From assembly GCA_016930415.1 (NCBI GenBank), contig JAFGGS010000016.1:70817-134816 (forward strand): DNA of 64,000 nt, written 5' to 3'. A program made the translations under genes and the position numbers. This DNA is from Candidatus Woesearchaeota archaeon. Its GTDB lineage: Archaea; Nanobdellota; Nanobdellia; Woesearchaeales; SM23-78. Positions 28,427 through 38,490 of the stretch are shown here, in pieces; position 1 is the stretch's first letter; each line of letters begins with the position of its first letter. Under the pieces are notes generated by a model. It was not told the origin of the DNA. It ran no database searches and saw only the letters and a program-made list of their open reading frames with translations.

Positions 28427-29005
28427 CTAATCCCGCTGGCCCCTATCCACGAAGAGGAAGTGCTTCTCCTTGCCCTCCATCTCTGAAAGGATCCTGTGGA
28501 CTACGGTCTTGACAGGGTCGGGCATTAGCTTCACCCTCTTCTTCATGTCAGCGAAGTCCTTGAAAGGCTCTGCCTTTCGCTCCTCGATTATCTCCCACAT
28601 GTGCTTCTTGCCCACTCCAGGCAGCATCTCGAGCACGTGAAGCCTAGTGCTTACAGGCTGGGCCTTGTTGAAGAACTCGATAAACCTAAGCTCCTGCTTC
28701 TTGACGATCTCCTCGACTGCGTGGCTGAGCTCTGACTTGGCAGTGTGCGTAAGCTTAGCAGTGTTGATCTTGCCGTTGATATGGTGAATCTTGTCCCTCT
28801 TGGCCTCGCCGATGTAGACCTCTTCGAAAGGCTGCAAGAAAACCCCTTTCCTAGGCACGAGCTCAAGGAGCGTGAAATTAGCCTTGCCGATCGCCTGGGC
28901 GACTGGCGTCTTAAGATGGATCGGTTTTGAGTCAAAAGGATAGCCGTTCGGCAGGAAATCAAGTACAATCGCCTCTTCTTCTTTTCTTCGTTCCACGCGT
29001 ATCAC
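28427..29005 (-). CDS. DUF655-family protein (OB-fold + helix-hairpin-helix, predicted nucleic-acid binding)
   Basis: N-terminal OB-like region, HhH LPGVGKK, and placement in the rpl21e-rpoF-DUF655 cluster. Confidence 0.5.
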   Translation of the reverse strand: MIRVERRKEEEAIVLDFLPNGYPFDSKPIHLKTPVAQAIGKANFTLLELVPRKGVFLQPFEEVYIGEAKRDKIHHINGKINTAKLTHTAKSELSHAVEEIVKKQELRFIEFFNKAQPVSTRLHVLEMLPGVGKKHMWEIIEERKAEPFKDFADMKKRVKLMPDPVKTVVHRILSEMEGKEKHFLFVDRGQRD

Positions 29006-29180
29006 CCACTAGACTTGTTCTAATACACTACCCCAACCCTATGCACACATTACCGCATAACTCGTATATAAATGTTATTGAAAATCATCCATTGCCAGCC
29101 AGAGACAGGACCTAGAATCATACCTACATATAAACCCACAGATCCTGCTTAGAAAGGCGATGAATGAAATCCCAGGACCT

Positions 29181-29537
29181 TTATTTGGCGTCACCAGTCG
29201 CCTCGATCACGAGATCCACGATCTTCTTCATGTTCTCGTTCGTGACCGGCAATGCATAGCCCTGGAGCACGACCTTGAGCTCAGCCACGCTCTGAGGCAA
29301 TAAATCGATTATCTTGTTGATCTGATTATCCTTAAGCCTAGGGATGCTGAGTCCATCTATCTTCTTAAAGAGCTCCTCGGCCTGCTTGGCCTTTATCATC
29401 TTGAACTCAGTCAAGTATTCCTCAGTCTTTGCAGCCCTGAAGCTAAGCTCGCCATCCCTCTTCTTGATCTGGGAGAGCTCTTCCTTTAGCTCAGACATGC
29501 TCATTGACTTTTTTTCAAGGATATCGATAGATGTCAT
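29181..29537 (-). CDS. rpoF: DNA-directed RNA polymerase subunit Rpo4/F
   Basis: About 118 aa. C-terminal LKDNQINKIIDLLPQSVAELKVVL..VTNENMKKIVDLV matches Rpo4. It sits next to rpl21e. Confidence 0.5.
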   Translation of the reverse strand: MTSIDILEKKSMSMSELKEELSQIKKRDGELSFRAAKTEEYLTEFKMIKAKQAEELFKKIDGLSIPRLKDNQINKIIDLLPQSVAELKVVLQGYALPVTNENMKKIVDLVIEATGDAK

Positions 29538-29561
29538 CTTAAAAGGGCACCCCTCTTGTTT

Positions 29562-29852
29562 TTAGCACTTCTTCAAATGAATAGGATGGACCAGCAGCAT
29601 CTTAGGCTTTGTGAAGTCTTTGATCCTGATCTCATAGCAGTTGCCTCTCTTAGCAGCGATAGTTCCGGCCTTGCCAGTGAACCTTGCATGGAACGTCCCC
29701 TCGTTAGAGGTCGGGTCGAGTTTGAGGACGACCTTGTCACCCTCGTTGTAGACTGCCATGTATCTCCTGATGCTAAGCTTTCCTCGGAGACTCTTAGGCT
29801 TGGTGAGTTCCCCCCTCGTTCTCCTGCGGCTTCCGCCTTTTCTCTTTGACAT
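29562..29852 (-). CDS. rpl21e: 50S ribosomal protein L21e
   Basis: MSKRKGGSRRRTRGELTKP...YNEGDKVVLKLDPS..G..H.RF.GK.G.I start and overall pattern. Confidence 0.85.
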   Translation of the reverse strand: MSKRKGGSRRRTRGELTKPKSLRGKLSIRRYMAVYNEGDKVVLKLDPTSNEGTFHARFTGKAGTIAAKRGNCYEIRIKDFTKPKMLLVHPIHLKKC

Positions 29853-30008
29853 ATCCCTGCTGAAAATTGGAGGGCTTTTTAAATGTTTTTATTTTGAGAC
29901 GCAGGCGTTGTGCTGCCGTAAGGCTGATGCCCTGAGCGCAAAACAAAGAAACTGAATAACCACCACTGAGTAGAAACATTTATATATTGAGGCTACCAAA
30001 CCAAGGCA

Positions 30009-30365
30009 ATGGCAACAAAGATACCTCACCCGCCAACGCACACGACCATCGATGACACGTTATCGTACTGCATTACATTCATCAAAAGGATTATCAACAG
30101 GGACGACCTAGGATTGCTATTCCCAGTAGACGATGGGACGATAGTCAGACCTCCTCTGAAAGACAGCGCAGGAAGACAATACTACCTGGAAACGACCTGC
30201 AAAGGACATAACTGCCCATTCTACAAGAAATCATTTGACATCAACACAGGGCAGGACATAGAACTCTGTCACAAGAAAAGGGTCGCTTCAGGATACATTG
30301 AGTTAAAGCTTCTAACGATACAACCACCAAAATGGATGAACTCAACAAGATACAACATCCATTAA
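30009..30365 (+). CDS. hypothetical Cys/His-containing protein
   Basis: 118-aa ORF. A TATA-like box (CATTTATATATTGAGG) lies 20-30 nt upstream of the ATG. Confidence 0.35.
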   Translation: MATKIPHPPTHTTIDDTLSYCITFIKRIINRDDLGLLFPVDDGTIVRPPLKDSAGRQYYLETTCKGHNCPFYKKSFDINTGQDIELCHKKRVASGYIELKLLTIQPPKWMNSTRYNIH

Positions 30366-30434
30366 AAGCAGGAAAACTAAAATAAAATCTCAAAAGAATT
30401 TCAAGTCAAAAACAAGACTTGTTCGAATCAAGCT

Positions 30435-32645
30435 TCAGTCGCCTTTCGTCTTCGCAATCGCGCTGTCAAGGCTGATGCCCTTCCTGCTCCTGATCTGGTT
30501 CTTGATCTTGTCCTGAAGCTCTTCAGGAAGCTTCTCGAAACTCTGATCGATCAGGCTGGATATCCCTCGGCCGCCAGTAGCGCTTCGAAGGTCGCTGCTC
30601 CAGCCCAGGAGCTCGCCCACAGGAAGCTTGGCCTTGACAACGACGCCGCTTCCTTCCTGAGTCATCTCCAAGAGCTGTCCTCGCTTGTTAGCGACTAGCT
30701 TTGAGATCTCGCCCATGTACTCCGCAGGCGCCTCGATCAGCTGGATCTGCTTAGGCTCGTACATGACCGGCCTTCCGCTCATCATAGCCTCTCTTATACC
30801 ATCCCTGACTGCAGGATAAACCTGAGCAGGACCCCTATGGATGGCATCCTCGTGAAGCTTCATGTCGACAAGCCTGACCATGCACTTTATGCAAGGCTCC
30901 CTCGCAAGAGGGCCTGCCCTCATGACGTCCTCGAACATGTCAAGTATCATCTCAATGACCTCACCCATGTAGACCTGGCCTCTCGTGTTGTCGAGGATGA
31001 GGTTTCCCTCGTAGATGTCCTTTACGCTCTCAGCATCCTTAGAATCCATTCCAAGCTCGACAAGCTGCTTCTTGAGCTCGATATCCTTCTTCTTGGCCCT
31101 TCCCTGGTGAAGCTCGCCTCTCTTGATGGATTCCTGGATCTCATCAGGCACAGGCTCTACAGTGAAGTAGAACTTGTTATGTTTGTTAGGAGACTTACCC
31201 TCGGCTTCCTGAGACTTAGCCATAAGAGACTCCCTGTAGACCACGATGGGCGGGCTGGTCTTGACCTTCAAGCCCTTCTCAGTCAAAATCCTGTTCTCGA
31301 TGATCTCGAGGTGGAGCTCTCCCATGCCGCTCATCAGGTTCTCCCCCGTCTCCTCGTTGATCTGAATGTGGATCGAGGGATCCTCTTTTGCGACCTTCCT
31401 CAAGACCTCAACCAGCTTCGGCAAGTCCTGAGTCTGCTCGACACTTATGCTCTTAGTGATGACAGGCTCAAAGATGTGCTTGAGCTCATCGAAAGGCTGA
31501 TCCTCCTCCAAGGTGATCGTCTCTCCTGCAAAGCCAGCGATCCCGCTGATAGCAAGGACGTTTCCAGCAGGCACCTCCTCAAACGCTTCAGTCTTGATAC
31601 CAAGGTACATGTAGACGTTCTGGATCCTCTGGGAAACCTTCGCATTGTTCAAGTAGACAGTCATACCCTCCTTGATGGTGCCGCTATAGAGCCTTCCAGC
31701 GCTAATCTCCCTGTTGCTCTTAGGATCGATGAGGATCCTGGTAATGCAAAAAGAGAGCTTGCCGTTAGGGTCGCAGGTGAGCATGCCCTTCCCAAGCTCA
31801 GACTCAGGATCTCCATGCCATATCTTCGGAATCCTGTACTTCTGAGCATCAACAGGGTTTGGCAAGTGAGTTATTACCATGTCAAGGACTACCTCGTTGA
31901 GCGGAGAGTTCTTCCAGAACCAGTCCTTCCTCTCATCAGCAGTCATCTCAAGATAAGCTTTCTGGATGTCCTTGAAGCTTATGTTCTTCTTCTTCATGTA
32001 AGGCAATGAAAGAGCCCAGTTCTCCCTAGCGCTTCCAAAAGCCACGCTACCATTCTGGATGTTGACCTGCCACGCCTGTTTGAACTGCTTCTCAGCCATG
32101 TCAGCGACGTGCTGGTTAAACTCCAAGATTATCTTCACTATCCTCTCCTGGATCTGCTCAGGGGTGAACTGCATCTCCTTGATCAAGCGGTCGACCTTGT
32201 TGATGAAGAGGACTGGCTTGACTCGCTCCCTGATAGCCTGCTTTAGCACAGTCTCGGTCTGCGGCATTATACCCTCAGACGCACATACAAGCACGATAGT
32301 GCCGTCGATAGCCCTCATGGCCCTCGTGACGTTCCCGCCGAAATCGACGTGACCAGGAGTATCTATCAGGTTGATAAGATATTCATCATCATGGAAATCG
32401 TGGACCATCGACACGTTCGCGGCGTCAACAGTCATGAGCCTCTCCTGCTCGTCAGAGTGCTGCCAGGTAGCCATGCCCTTGTCAAGGTCTCCTGCAAGCC
32501 TCTCGCTCATGAGGCCCGAAGCCGCTAGGAGGTTATCTGTAAAAGCGGTCTTTCCATGGTGGATATGCGCGCTAGTACAGATATTCCTGATATTAGTCGG
32601 CTTTCGCATCATCCTCTTCATTCGATCAACTTGTTTCTCTGCCAT
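30435..32645 (-). CDS. fusA: translation elongation factor 2 (aEF-2)
   Basis: AHIHHGKT and DTPGHVDF G-domain motifs. 736 aa. The diphthamide region is present near the C terminus. Confidence 0.95.
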   Translation of the reverse strand: MAEKQVDRMKRMMRKPTNIRNICTSAHIHHGKTAFTDNLLAASGLMSERLAGDLDKGMATWQHSDEQERLMTVDAANVSMVHDFHDDEYLINLIDTPGHVDFGGNVTRAMRAIDGTIVLVCASEGIMPQTETVLKQAIRERVKPVLFINKVDRLIKEMQFTPEQIQERIVKIILEFNQHVADMAEKQFKQAWQVNIQNGSVAFGSARENWALSLPYMKKKNISFKDIQKAYLEMTADERKDWFWKNSPLNEVVLDMVITHLPNPVDAQKYRIPKIWHGDPESELGKGMLTCDPNGKLSFCITRILIDPKSNREISAGRLYSGTIKEGMTVYLNNAKVSQRIQNVYMYLGIKTEAFEEVPAGNVLAISGIAGFAGETITLEEDQPFDELKHIFEPVITKSISVEQTQDLPKLVEVLRKVAKEDPSIHIQINEETGENLMSGMGELHLEIIENRILTEKGLKVKTSPPIVVYRESLMAKSQEAEGKSPNKHNKFYFTVEPVPDEIQESIKRGELHQGRAKKKDIELKKQLVELGMDSKDAESVKDIYEGNLILDNTRGQVYMGEVIEMILDMFEDVMRAGPLAREPCIKCMVRLVDMKLHEDAIHRGPAQVYPAVRDGIREAMMSGRPVMYEPKQIQLIEAPAEYMGEISKLVANKRGQLLEMTQEGSGVVVKAKLPVGELLGWSSDLRSATGGRGISSLIDQSFEKLPEELQDKIKNQIRSRKGISLDSAIAKTKGD

Positions 32646-32675
32646 ATTATCACCTATATATTCAATTGTTTAATC

Positions 32676-33092
32676 TCAATCCTTCTCTTCCTTATGCTCC
32701 TGTTTTCTTACAGCAGCCTTGTCATCGACTCCGCCAGCCAAAGGATTCCCATGCTTGACGATCTTCATCTTGTCAGCCGGAAACCTCTGCTCGTACTCCT
32801 CAAGTGTGTCTCGCAGGGCTTTCTCGGAATCAATATCCATGAGGTAAGCAATCTTCAGGATAAGGTATAGCTGGTCACCGACAAAGTCACTGAACTTATC
32901 CTTATGCTCCTCAATGAGCTTCCTCTGAGTCTCTCCATCGACCCACTTGATTATGCTCCAAGCCTCACCGACCTCCTCAGCCATGTTAAGCAGGAAATCC
33001 TTGATGAAGCGGTGGTTGTAATCCTTCTTCCAACCCCTGGCTTCGTTGAATTCCCTAACCTTGTCCTGAGCCTCGTTGATGTCCATCTTCAA
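32676..33092 (-). CDS. MazG-like nucleotide pyrophosphohydrolase
   Basis: FNEARGW...EEVGEAW helical EExxE motif. 138 aa. Confidence 0.55.
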   Translation of the reverse strand: MKMDINEAQDKVREFNEARGWKKDYNHRFIKDFLLNMAEEVGEAWSIIKWVDGETQRKLIEEHKDKFSDFVGDQLYLILKIAYLMDIDSEKALRDTLEEYEQRFPADKMKIVKHGNPLAGGVDDKAAVRKQEHKEEKD

Positions 33093-33116
33093 TCTTCATA
33101 ATGCGCGCATCAGCGC

Positions 33117-33680
33117 TCAGCCATATATAGTATGCAGGTCATGCACTGTCTTATAAGAGTGAAGCTCGTCCTTCTTGAACCAAAGCTCGATCTCAGGCCC
33201 TGCCTCACGGACATTCCCTGATGCGTGGATCAGGTTTGCAGCACCCTTCTTCTTGATGCTCGCGTATCCGAGGCTTGAATGGGCAAAGTCTCCCCTGATA
33301 GTGCCTGGAGGAGAATCCTTAGGACCAGTAGTCCCGACAATCTTCCTCACAATCTCCACGGCGTGAAGACCCTCTAGCACCATGGCCACGACAGGACCTG
33401 ACATCAGGAACTTCCTAGTCCCATTGACAATCATGACGCCCAGCTCTTCCACAGTCTCGCTGTACTTCATGCCTGCCGCGTCCCAGTCCTTCTTGGTCTT
33501 CCCGCCGACTATCGGAATAAGGTCATCCTTATAATGTTTCTTGGCGATGTTCTCATCAGCCAAGACTAGCTTCATACCAACGACCTTAAGCCCGGCATCC
33601 TCGAACCTGCTAAGAATCCTACCCACAAGCCCTCTCTGGACGCCATCTGGCTTGATCAATACAAGAGTTCTCTCAATCAT
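33117..33680 (-). CDS. ndk: nucleoside diphosphate kinase (with an internal insertion)
   Basis: ERTLVLIKPDGVQRGLVGRI, GPVVAMVLEG and the active-site His in NLIHASGN. Start moved to the ATG at 33680 (the track start at 33698 is TTG). Confidence 0.75.
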   Translation of the reverse strand: MIERTLVLIKPDGVQRGLVGRILSRFEDAGLKVVGMKLVLADENIAKKHYKDDLIPIVGGKTKKDWDAAGMKYSETVEELGVMIVNGTRKFLMSGPVVAMVLEGLHAVEIVRKIVGTTGPKDSPPGTIRGDFAHSSLGYASIKKKGAANLIHASGNVREAGPEIELWFKKDELHSYKTVHDLHTIYG

Positions 33681-33781
33681 CTTCAATTCGCCTCTCAATC
33701 AATTATTCTGCTATCGCAAAGCCTCTTAAGGCCTTGCGCGAAACCAATCCTCATAGACCCAAAAAAAGGCCTAAAAATAAT

Positions 33782-33976
33782 TTACTTCTTCGAGTCCTTC
33801 TTCTTGGTGTGGGCGAACTCTCCAGTCCACCTCACGTTCCTAGGCTTCCTTCCGAGCTTGAGCATATTCTTCTCGCACTTGGTGCTGCAGAAGTATATCA
33901 TCTTGCCGTCCTTCTTTATGTACAGCTTGCCGGTGCCTGGCTCGATTGTTCCTTTGCAAAAATCGCATTTGACCAT
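33782..33976 (-). CDS. rpl24e: 50S ribosomal protein L24e
   Basis: MVKCDFCKG.I.PG.G....K.DG....FCS.KCEKN. Confidence 0.85.
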   Translation of the reverse strand: MVKCDFCKGTIEPGTGKLYIKKDGKMIYFCSTKCEKNMLKLGRKPRNVRWTGEFAHTKKKDSKK

Positions 33977-33992
33977 TTTATCGAATCACCGT

Positions 33993-34286
33993 TTACTTGT
34001 TCCTTCCGGACTTGTTGAGCGGCCTAGCCTCAATCTCAGTCTCACGCAGCATCAGGATGTCCCCTAGCTGGACTGGGCCTCTAACGTTTCTTCTGATAAT
34101 CTTATTCGCGTCCCGGCCGTCAAGAACCTTGCACCTGACCTGGGTCGCTTCTCCTCTCGCTCCAGTCCTACCCACGATCTCCTCGACGCTTGCAGGCACT
34201 GCTGGAGAGAAGGTGACTCCTCCCTTAGGACCATCGTCAGCGCCATCGCGCCTTCTTGGCCCGTAACTCCTTTCTTTTTCTGGCAT
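33993..34286 (-). CDS. rps28e: 30S ribosomal protein S28e (with N-terminal extension)
   Basis: [56 protein letters not shown] core. An extra ~30 basic/Gly-rich residues precede it. Confidence 0.85.
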   Translation of the reverse strand: MPEKERSYGPRRRDGADDGPKGGVTFSPAVPASVEEIVGRTGARGEATQVRCKVLDGRDANKIIRRNVRGPVQLGDILMLRETEIEARPLNKSGRNK

Positions 34287-34325
34287 TTTAGATCACCATA
34301 AATCCAATACTGTCCTTGATTAATC

Positions 34326-34637
34326 TTACTGGCCGCCAAGCTCTTTGATCAGGTCCTTGGCATCCCCTTCCTTGGTAATCGCGACGCTTGCAGTGCCGAC
34401 CTTCAGGCCTGCCGCTGCTCCAAGCTCATCCTTGCTTGGGACCTCGACGCAGGGTATCCCCTTCTCCTTTGCCAGCAAAGGCAGGTGCATTGTTATCTCT
34501 GCAGGAGATACGTCTTTTGCGTACACGACTAGTTTGGCCTTATCCTTCTCGATGGCCTTGGTCACTTCGTTGGTCCCTTTCGTTATCTTGCCAGACTTCC
34601 TCGCAAGCTCAATTGCTTCGTATGCTTTCTCACTCAT
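34326..34637 (-). CDS. rpl7ae: 50S ribosomal protein L7Ae (k-turn binding)
   Basis: GKITKGTNEVTKAIEKDKAKLVVYAKDVSP motif. Sits in the L7Ae-S28e-L24e-ndk cluster. Confidence 0.9.
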   Translation of the reverse strand: MSEKAYEAIELARKSGKITKGTNEVTKAIEKDKAKLVVYAKDVSPAEITMHLPLLAKEKGIPCVEVPSKDELGAAAGLKVGTASVAITKEGDAKDLIKELGGQ

Positions 34638-34892
34638 GTCTCTCAGTCCTCCACGGATTCTGGATTCATACCTTGGTTCATAAATCCTATTTCCTGTTAT
34701 TCCTACTTTCCTGATTCTATCCTAAAAGTAGAGATACGAGAATGCTTCTTGTACCTCGCTCAACCCCGAAATCATCCAAGGTCTCATAACTCATAGGTAT
34801 GATCCTATCAGAAAAAGGGGTTGTTTAAAAAGCTTTCGTCTAGCTTAGGAAAGTAAAGCAAAAAAAGTATATCATAATTCCCATGCAAAGGC

Positions 34893-36176
34893 TTAGTTAG
34901 ATGTCTGATTAGGTGCCTGCATGTAGCTCACGATCTTGGCATCCTCCCTTAAAATCTGGAGGTGGCTTGTCAGGAGCGCCTGCCTCTTCTGCAATGAGAG
35001 GAAATCCCTGATGCCGTCCATTGCTTCCTCTAGTGAAAGCAGCCTTGCAGGCTCAAGCCCCACCACGTGGACTATGTGGTAACCCATCCTTGTAGAGATA
35101 AGCTTTATGTCGCCCGGCTTTGAAGCGTACACAACCTGCTCGTATTCTGGGAGCAGCTGCCCCGCGGCTGCCTCGTAGCCTCCGCAAGAGTCCTTCGTCA
35201 CAGAATCCTCTGAATACAACGAAGCGAGCTCGCAGAAGTTAGACTCGTTTATCTGCGAGGCTATACCCTTCACGTATTCAAGCTTCGCCGCTGCAGTCGA
35301 CTGGTTCGCGTATATCAGTATCTGCCTCGTGGAAGACCTTGGAATAGTTGTTAGATTCTCCTTGAAGGTAGAGTAGTATTCCTCCACCTCAGTAGCAGAG
35401 ACCTCTTCTGAGCCTTCCAGTACTCTCATAACCATTTTCTGGAGGAGCAAGTCCTCTTTGAGTCCATCCCTAAAACTGGCCATTGACGAGTTGACGCTTG
35501 CAAGCGACTCTTCCAAGACAGGAAGGGTAAGCCCTGACCTTGTCAGGAAAGCGTCGACCGCAGAGTCAACCTCATCTGAGGAGACTGAGAACCCCTCTGC
35601 CTTCGCTTCCTGGAGCAGAAGTTTGTTATTGACTACCTGCTCGAAAGACTGCTGCAGGCTTTGGTCAGTCCTTAAGGACTCAGGAACAGCATTATATATC
35701 TTTAGAACATCTTCTGTAAGGACAGGCTCGCCGTTCACAGTCGCCAAGAGATTTGGGACAAGAGAATTAGAGCCCCCAAGACCGATGCTCCTCTCAATCC
35801 TGCAATCAATCTTCCCAGAGGCAGGATCAATCACTGAGATCACGGATTTCTTCTGGGAATCACTCCTTATCTCTAGGAGGTAATATTCGCCAAGCGACAA
35901 ATCAGGGCAATAAATCTGGAGCTGGATAAGGGTGTTGTTCGCGGAGTCTCCTGAAAGTGTCTGGACCACGAGCAGCCCGTCAGGATAATCCGACTTGTAC
36001 TCGTCCAAGACCTTAGAGAACCCATCGTTCCACAAGCTAGTCGCGACTAGGCCTGCGCCGACGAGCAAGACCGCCACGACCAAGACCAGCAAGACCTTCT
36101 TCAAGAGTCTCACAGACGACTTTCCAGATTTGCCGCATTTCAAGAGATTCATAAAAATATTCATAAGACAAGACAC
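34893..36176 (-). CDS. membrane-anchored PpiC-type (parvulin) peptidyl-prolyl isomerase, SurA/PrsA-like
   Basis: N-terminal TM anchor, long helical region, C-terminal parvulin motif GGYEAAAGQLLPEYEQVVYASKPGDIKLISTRMGYHIVHVVG. Confidence 0.5.
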   Translation of the reverse strand: MSCLMNIFMNLLKCGKSGKSSVRLLKKVLLVLVVAVLLVGAGLVATSLWNDGFSKVLDEYKSDYPDGLLVVQTLSGDSANNTLIQLQIYCPDLSLGEYYLLEIRSDSQKKSVISVIDPASGKIDCRIERSIGLGGSNSLVPNLLATVNGEPVLTEDVLKIYNAVPESLRTDQSLQQSFEQVVNNKLLLQEAKAEGFSVSSDEVDSAVDAFLTRSGLTLPVLEESLASVNSSMASFRDGLKEDLLLQKMVMRVLEGSEEVSATEVEEYYSTFKENLTTIPRSSTRQILIYANQSTAAAKLEYVKGIASQINESNFCELASLYSEDSVTKDSCGGYEAAAGQLLPEYEQVVYASKPGDIKLISTRMGYHIVHVVGLEPARLLSLEEAMDGIRDFLSLQKRQALLTSHLQILREDAKIVSYMQAPNQTSN

Positions 36177-36200
36177 CCCCTAAATCCATGTAACCCCAAT

Positions 36201-36923
36201 CTACGCGTTCCCATCATCCTTGCTGTGCACAGTATTATAAAAAGCCACCGCCTCATCAAGATCCTTCTTCTCGAACAACAGCCACCTCTTGGAAGAGAAG
36301 TGGATGACTGACTCCTTGGACTCCCACAGCAAGAGACCTGAATAAGAGTTCCGAGTCTCGATTATCAGCTCTGGAGGCGGAAAGTAAGAGCTTGAAAGGT
36401 TCTCCTTGACAGAATCCTCACTCACCTCAGCCTCTACCAGCTTCCCAGAGACTATCTTCTTGGCAATCAACTGGACCGCTCCCAGCACCTCAGCGCGGCC
36501 ATCGTACTTGACGCAAAAATTAAGGAAGAGATTATCGTACATCTTGGTCTTGTCCATCGCAGACTTGAAAGCGTCACGAAGCTCGATATCAAGGTCATAC
36601 CATTGCCCCAGGACGAATATCCTCACCTGGTTCTTCCGGATGGACTCATCTTCAGACAGAGATGCGAAAAAATCCTTAAGCCCCCCTAAGATTTCAGGCG
36701 ATGAATCAGCCAAGCCTATGGTCAGCACCCTTATGTTGTTCTTGACCTGGTAACCCATCAATTCACGTATGCTCTCAAGATGCTTGCCAAGCGCCTCTTT
36801 TAAGTCCTTCTTGTTGTCCTCAGCCCACTTCTTGACAAGCCCTGTGTTGATCGCTATGTGACTTGGGATCTTCCTTGACTTGCCAATAGGAATGTTGACT
36901 ATAGGAATTGTCAGCTCCACCAT
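36201..36923 (-). CDS. cis-prenyltransferase (UPP synthase) family homolog lacking canonical catalytic residues
   Basis: Aligns along UppS (HIAI..G..KKWA ; VRIFVLG...L ; PELIIETRNSYSGLLLWE vs [20 protein letters not shown]). The catalytic Asp of the MDGN motif is T, and the RxG/E/R motif is degenerate. Confidence 0.5.
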   Translation of the reverse strand: MVELTIPIVNIPIGKSRKIPSHIAINTGLVKKWAEDNKKDLKEALGKHLESIRELMGYQVKNNIRVLTIGLADSSPEILGGLKDFFASLSEDESIRKNQVRIFVLGQWYDLDIELRDAFKSAMDKTKMYDNLFLNFCVKYDGRAEVLGAVQLIAKKIVSGKLVEAEVSEDSVKENLSSSYFPPPELIIETRNSYSGLLLWESKESVIHFSSKRWLLFEKKDLDEAVAFYNTVHSKDDGNA

Positions 36924-36995
36924 CTATGCAATCCTCCCCATCGATCAGAGGCAATATAGTTAAATATTTAAAATCTTCGCCCCCAGAATATCTCA

Positions 36996-37868
36996 ATGCT
37001 TATAGATAACCTCTCACTTGGCGTAGTAGTGGGGCTCGCAGCCCTGATAATCGCCTCGATATCTGACCTGAAGACAAGAGAAGTCCCTGACTGGCTCAAC
37101 TTCTCATTATCATTCTTCGCAATCGGTTACGCAGTCATACTCTCGATATTCCATTGGAACGCGAGTTTCATAGTGAACTCGGCCGCAGGGCTATTGTTTG
37201 GCTTGGGGATTGGGCTCTTGATGTTTTACACAGGCCAATGGGGCGGTGGGGACAGCAAGCTGATTATAGGATTGTCAGCGATCCTAGGCCTTAGCGTGCC
37301 ATACATATCCGACCTTAAAGGGGACTATGAGCTACTAATCTTCCTTGCCAACACGCTCTTCGTGGGCGCAGTCTACGGGCTTGCGTTCAGCGCGTGGAAG
37401 GCCGTCGTTCACTTCAGCGAGTGCAAGGCTGAAGCCATATTCAAGCTTAAGCAGAAAAGCGTCAGGGTGGCTAAGATCGTGCTCTTGATCTTCATGATAA
37501 TCTCGCTAGTCAACTACATGCTGAGCCCAGGGCTTGATTCAGCGTTCCTGGTAGGGATATCAATAGTCATGATGGCGATGCTCTACATGTGGATCCTCAT
37601 AAGCTGCGTCGAGAAGGTCCACATGATAAGGAAGATAAAGGTCAGCGGGCTGACAGAGGGTGACTGGGTGGTCGAGACTGTGATGAAGGGCGGCAAGACA
37701 ATACTAAAACCCAACAAGACAGGCGTGACCACAGAGGACATAGGCCTACTCAAGAAGAACAAGATCCAGGAAGTCACCATCAAGGTAGGCATCCCTTTCG
37801 TGCCTAGCTTCCTGATAGCATACATTCTCATGATGATAATAGGCAACTGGCTAGTATACTTGTTCTGA
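36996..37868 (+). CDS. A24-family prepilin/preflagellin peptidase (PibD/FlaK-like) with C-terminal extension
   Basis: Both catalytic Asp motifs are present (SISDLKTREVPDW, GQWGGGDSKL). Multiple TM segments. Confidence 0.6.
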   Translation: MLIDNLSLGVVVGLAALIIASISDLKTREVPDWLNFSLSFFAIGYAVILSIFHWNASFIVNSAAGLLFGLGIGLLMFYTGQWGGGDSKLIIGLSAILGLSVPYISDLKGDYELLIFLANTLFVGAVYGLAFSAWKAVVHFSECKAEAIFKLKQKSVRVAKIVLLIFMIISLVNYMLSPGLDSAFLVGISIVMMAMLYMWILISCVEKVHMIRKIKVSGLTEGDWVVETVMKGGKTILKPNKTGVTTEDIGLLKKNKIQEVTIKVGIPFVPSFLIAYILMMIIGNWLVYLF

Positions 37869-37899
37869 TCGCGTTGAGAGAATTAGAAGAGATATCCGA

Positions 37900-38463
37900 T
37901 CAGGGTATCCTTGTGAGATGCTTTATCAAGTAGTTCTCCTCTTCAGGCTCGACGTCACCCTTTGACCCGCCACACACATCCTCTTTCTTTTCAGGGACCA
38001 CGATGGTCTCTACTGACCTCTCGACAGACGGGGCTGGCTGCTCCTTCTTCTCGTTATGGCCTATCACAAAAGCCTTATCCTTTATCTTCGAGAAGAAGCT
38101 CTCCATCTCATCAGGCGGCATGTCTTTAGGAGGCCAGAGGAAGTCCATCCCATCGCCTTCCTTCCTGGGAATGACGTCTATCGTCAAGTGGTCAGGCCCC
38201 TCGTTCAGGATTATATTCGTGCCATGAGACTTGAGGGTGTCAAACGCGGCTGCAGAGGAATAGTTTGCGATCATGAACAAGCGCTCCACCAGCTCATCGC
38301 CGAGCTCTTCAAGCTTGGTGAAATGAGCTTTTGGCATGACCTTCATGTGCCCAAGGGCTGCCGGTTTTGCAGGCATGATGCACACCACTAGCTCGTCCTC
38401 ATATACGAGGTGGGCCTTTCGTTCCCTTATCTTGTCGCAAATCACGCAAACCATCGTTATCAC
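37900..38463 (-). CDS. HIT-fold protein with degenerate histidine triad (H-L-T-I-D) and acidic C-terminal extension
   Basis: HIT N-terminal core (CVICDKI...YEDELVVCIMPAKPAALGHMKVMPKAH). The triad position reads DHLTIDVIPR instead of H.H.H..IPR. Confidence 0.5.
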   Translation of the reverse strand: MITMVCVICDKIRERKAHLVYEDELVVCIMPAKPAALGHMKVMPKAHFTKLEELGDELVERLFMIANYSSAAAFDTLKSHGTNIILNEGPDHLTIDVIPRKEGDGMDFLWPPKDMPPDEMESFFSKIKDKAFVIGHNEKKEQPAPSVERSVETIVVPEKKEDVCGGSKGDVEPEEENYLIKHLTRIP

Positions 38464-38490
38464 TCAATTATCATAGACTATCATCATAGA

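Noticed and set aside
30837-32009. 390-aa plus-strand ORF inside fusA
   Set aside because: It is antisense to aEF-2, with Leu/Arg/Asp-rich composition typical of reverse-frame translation of a GTPase gene.
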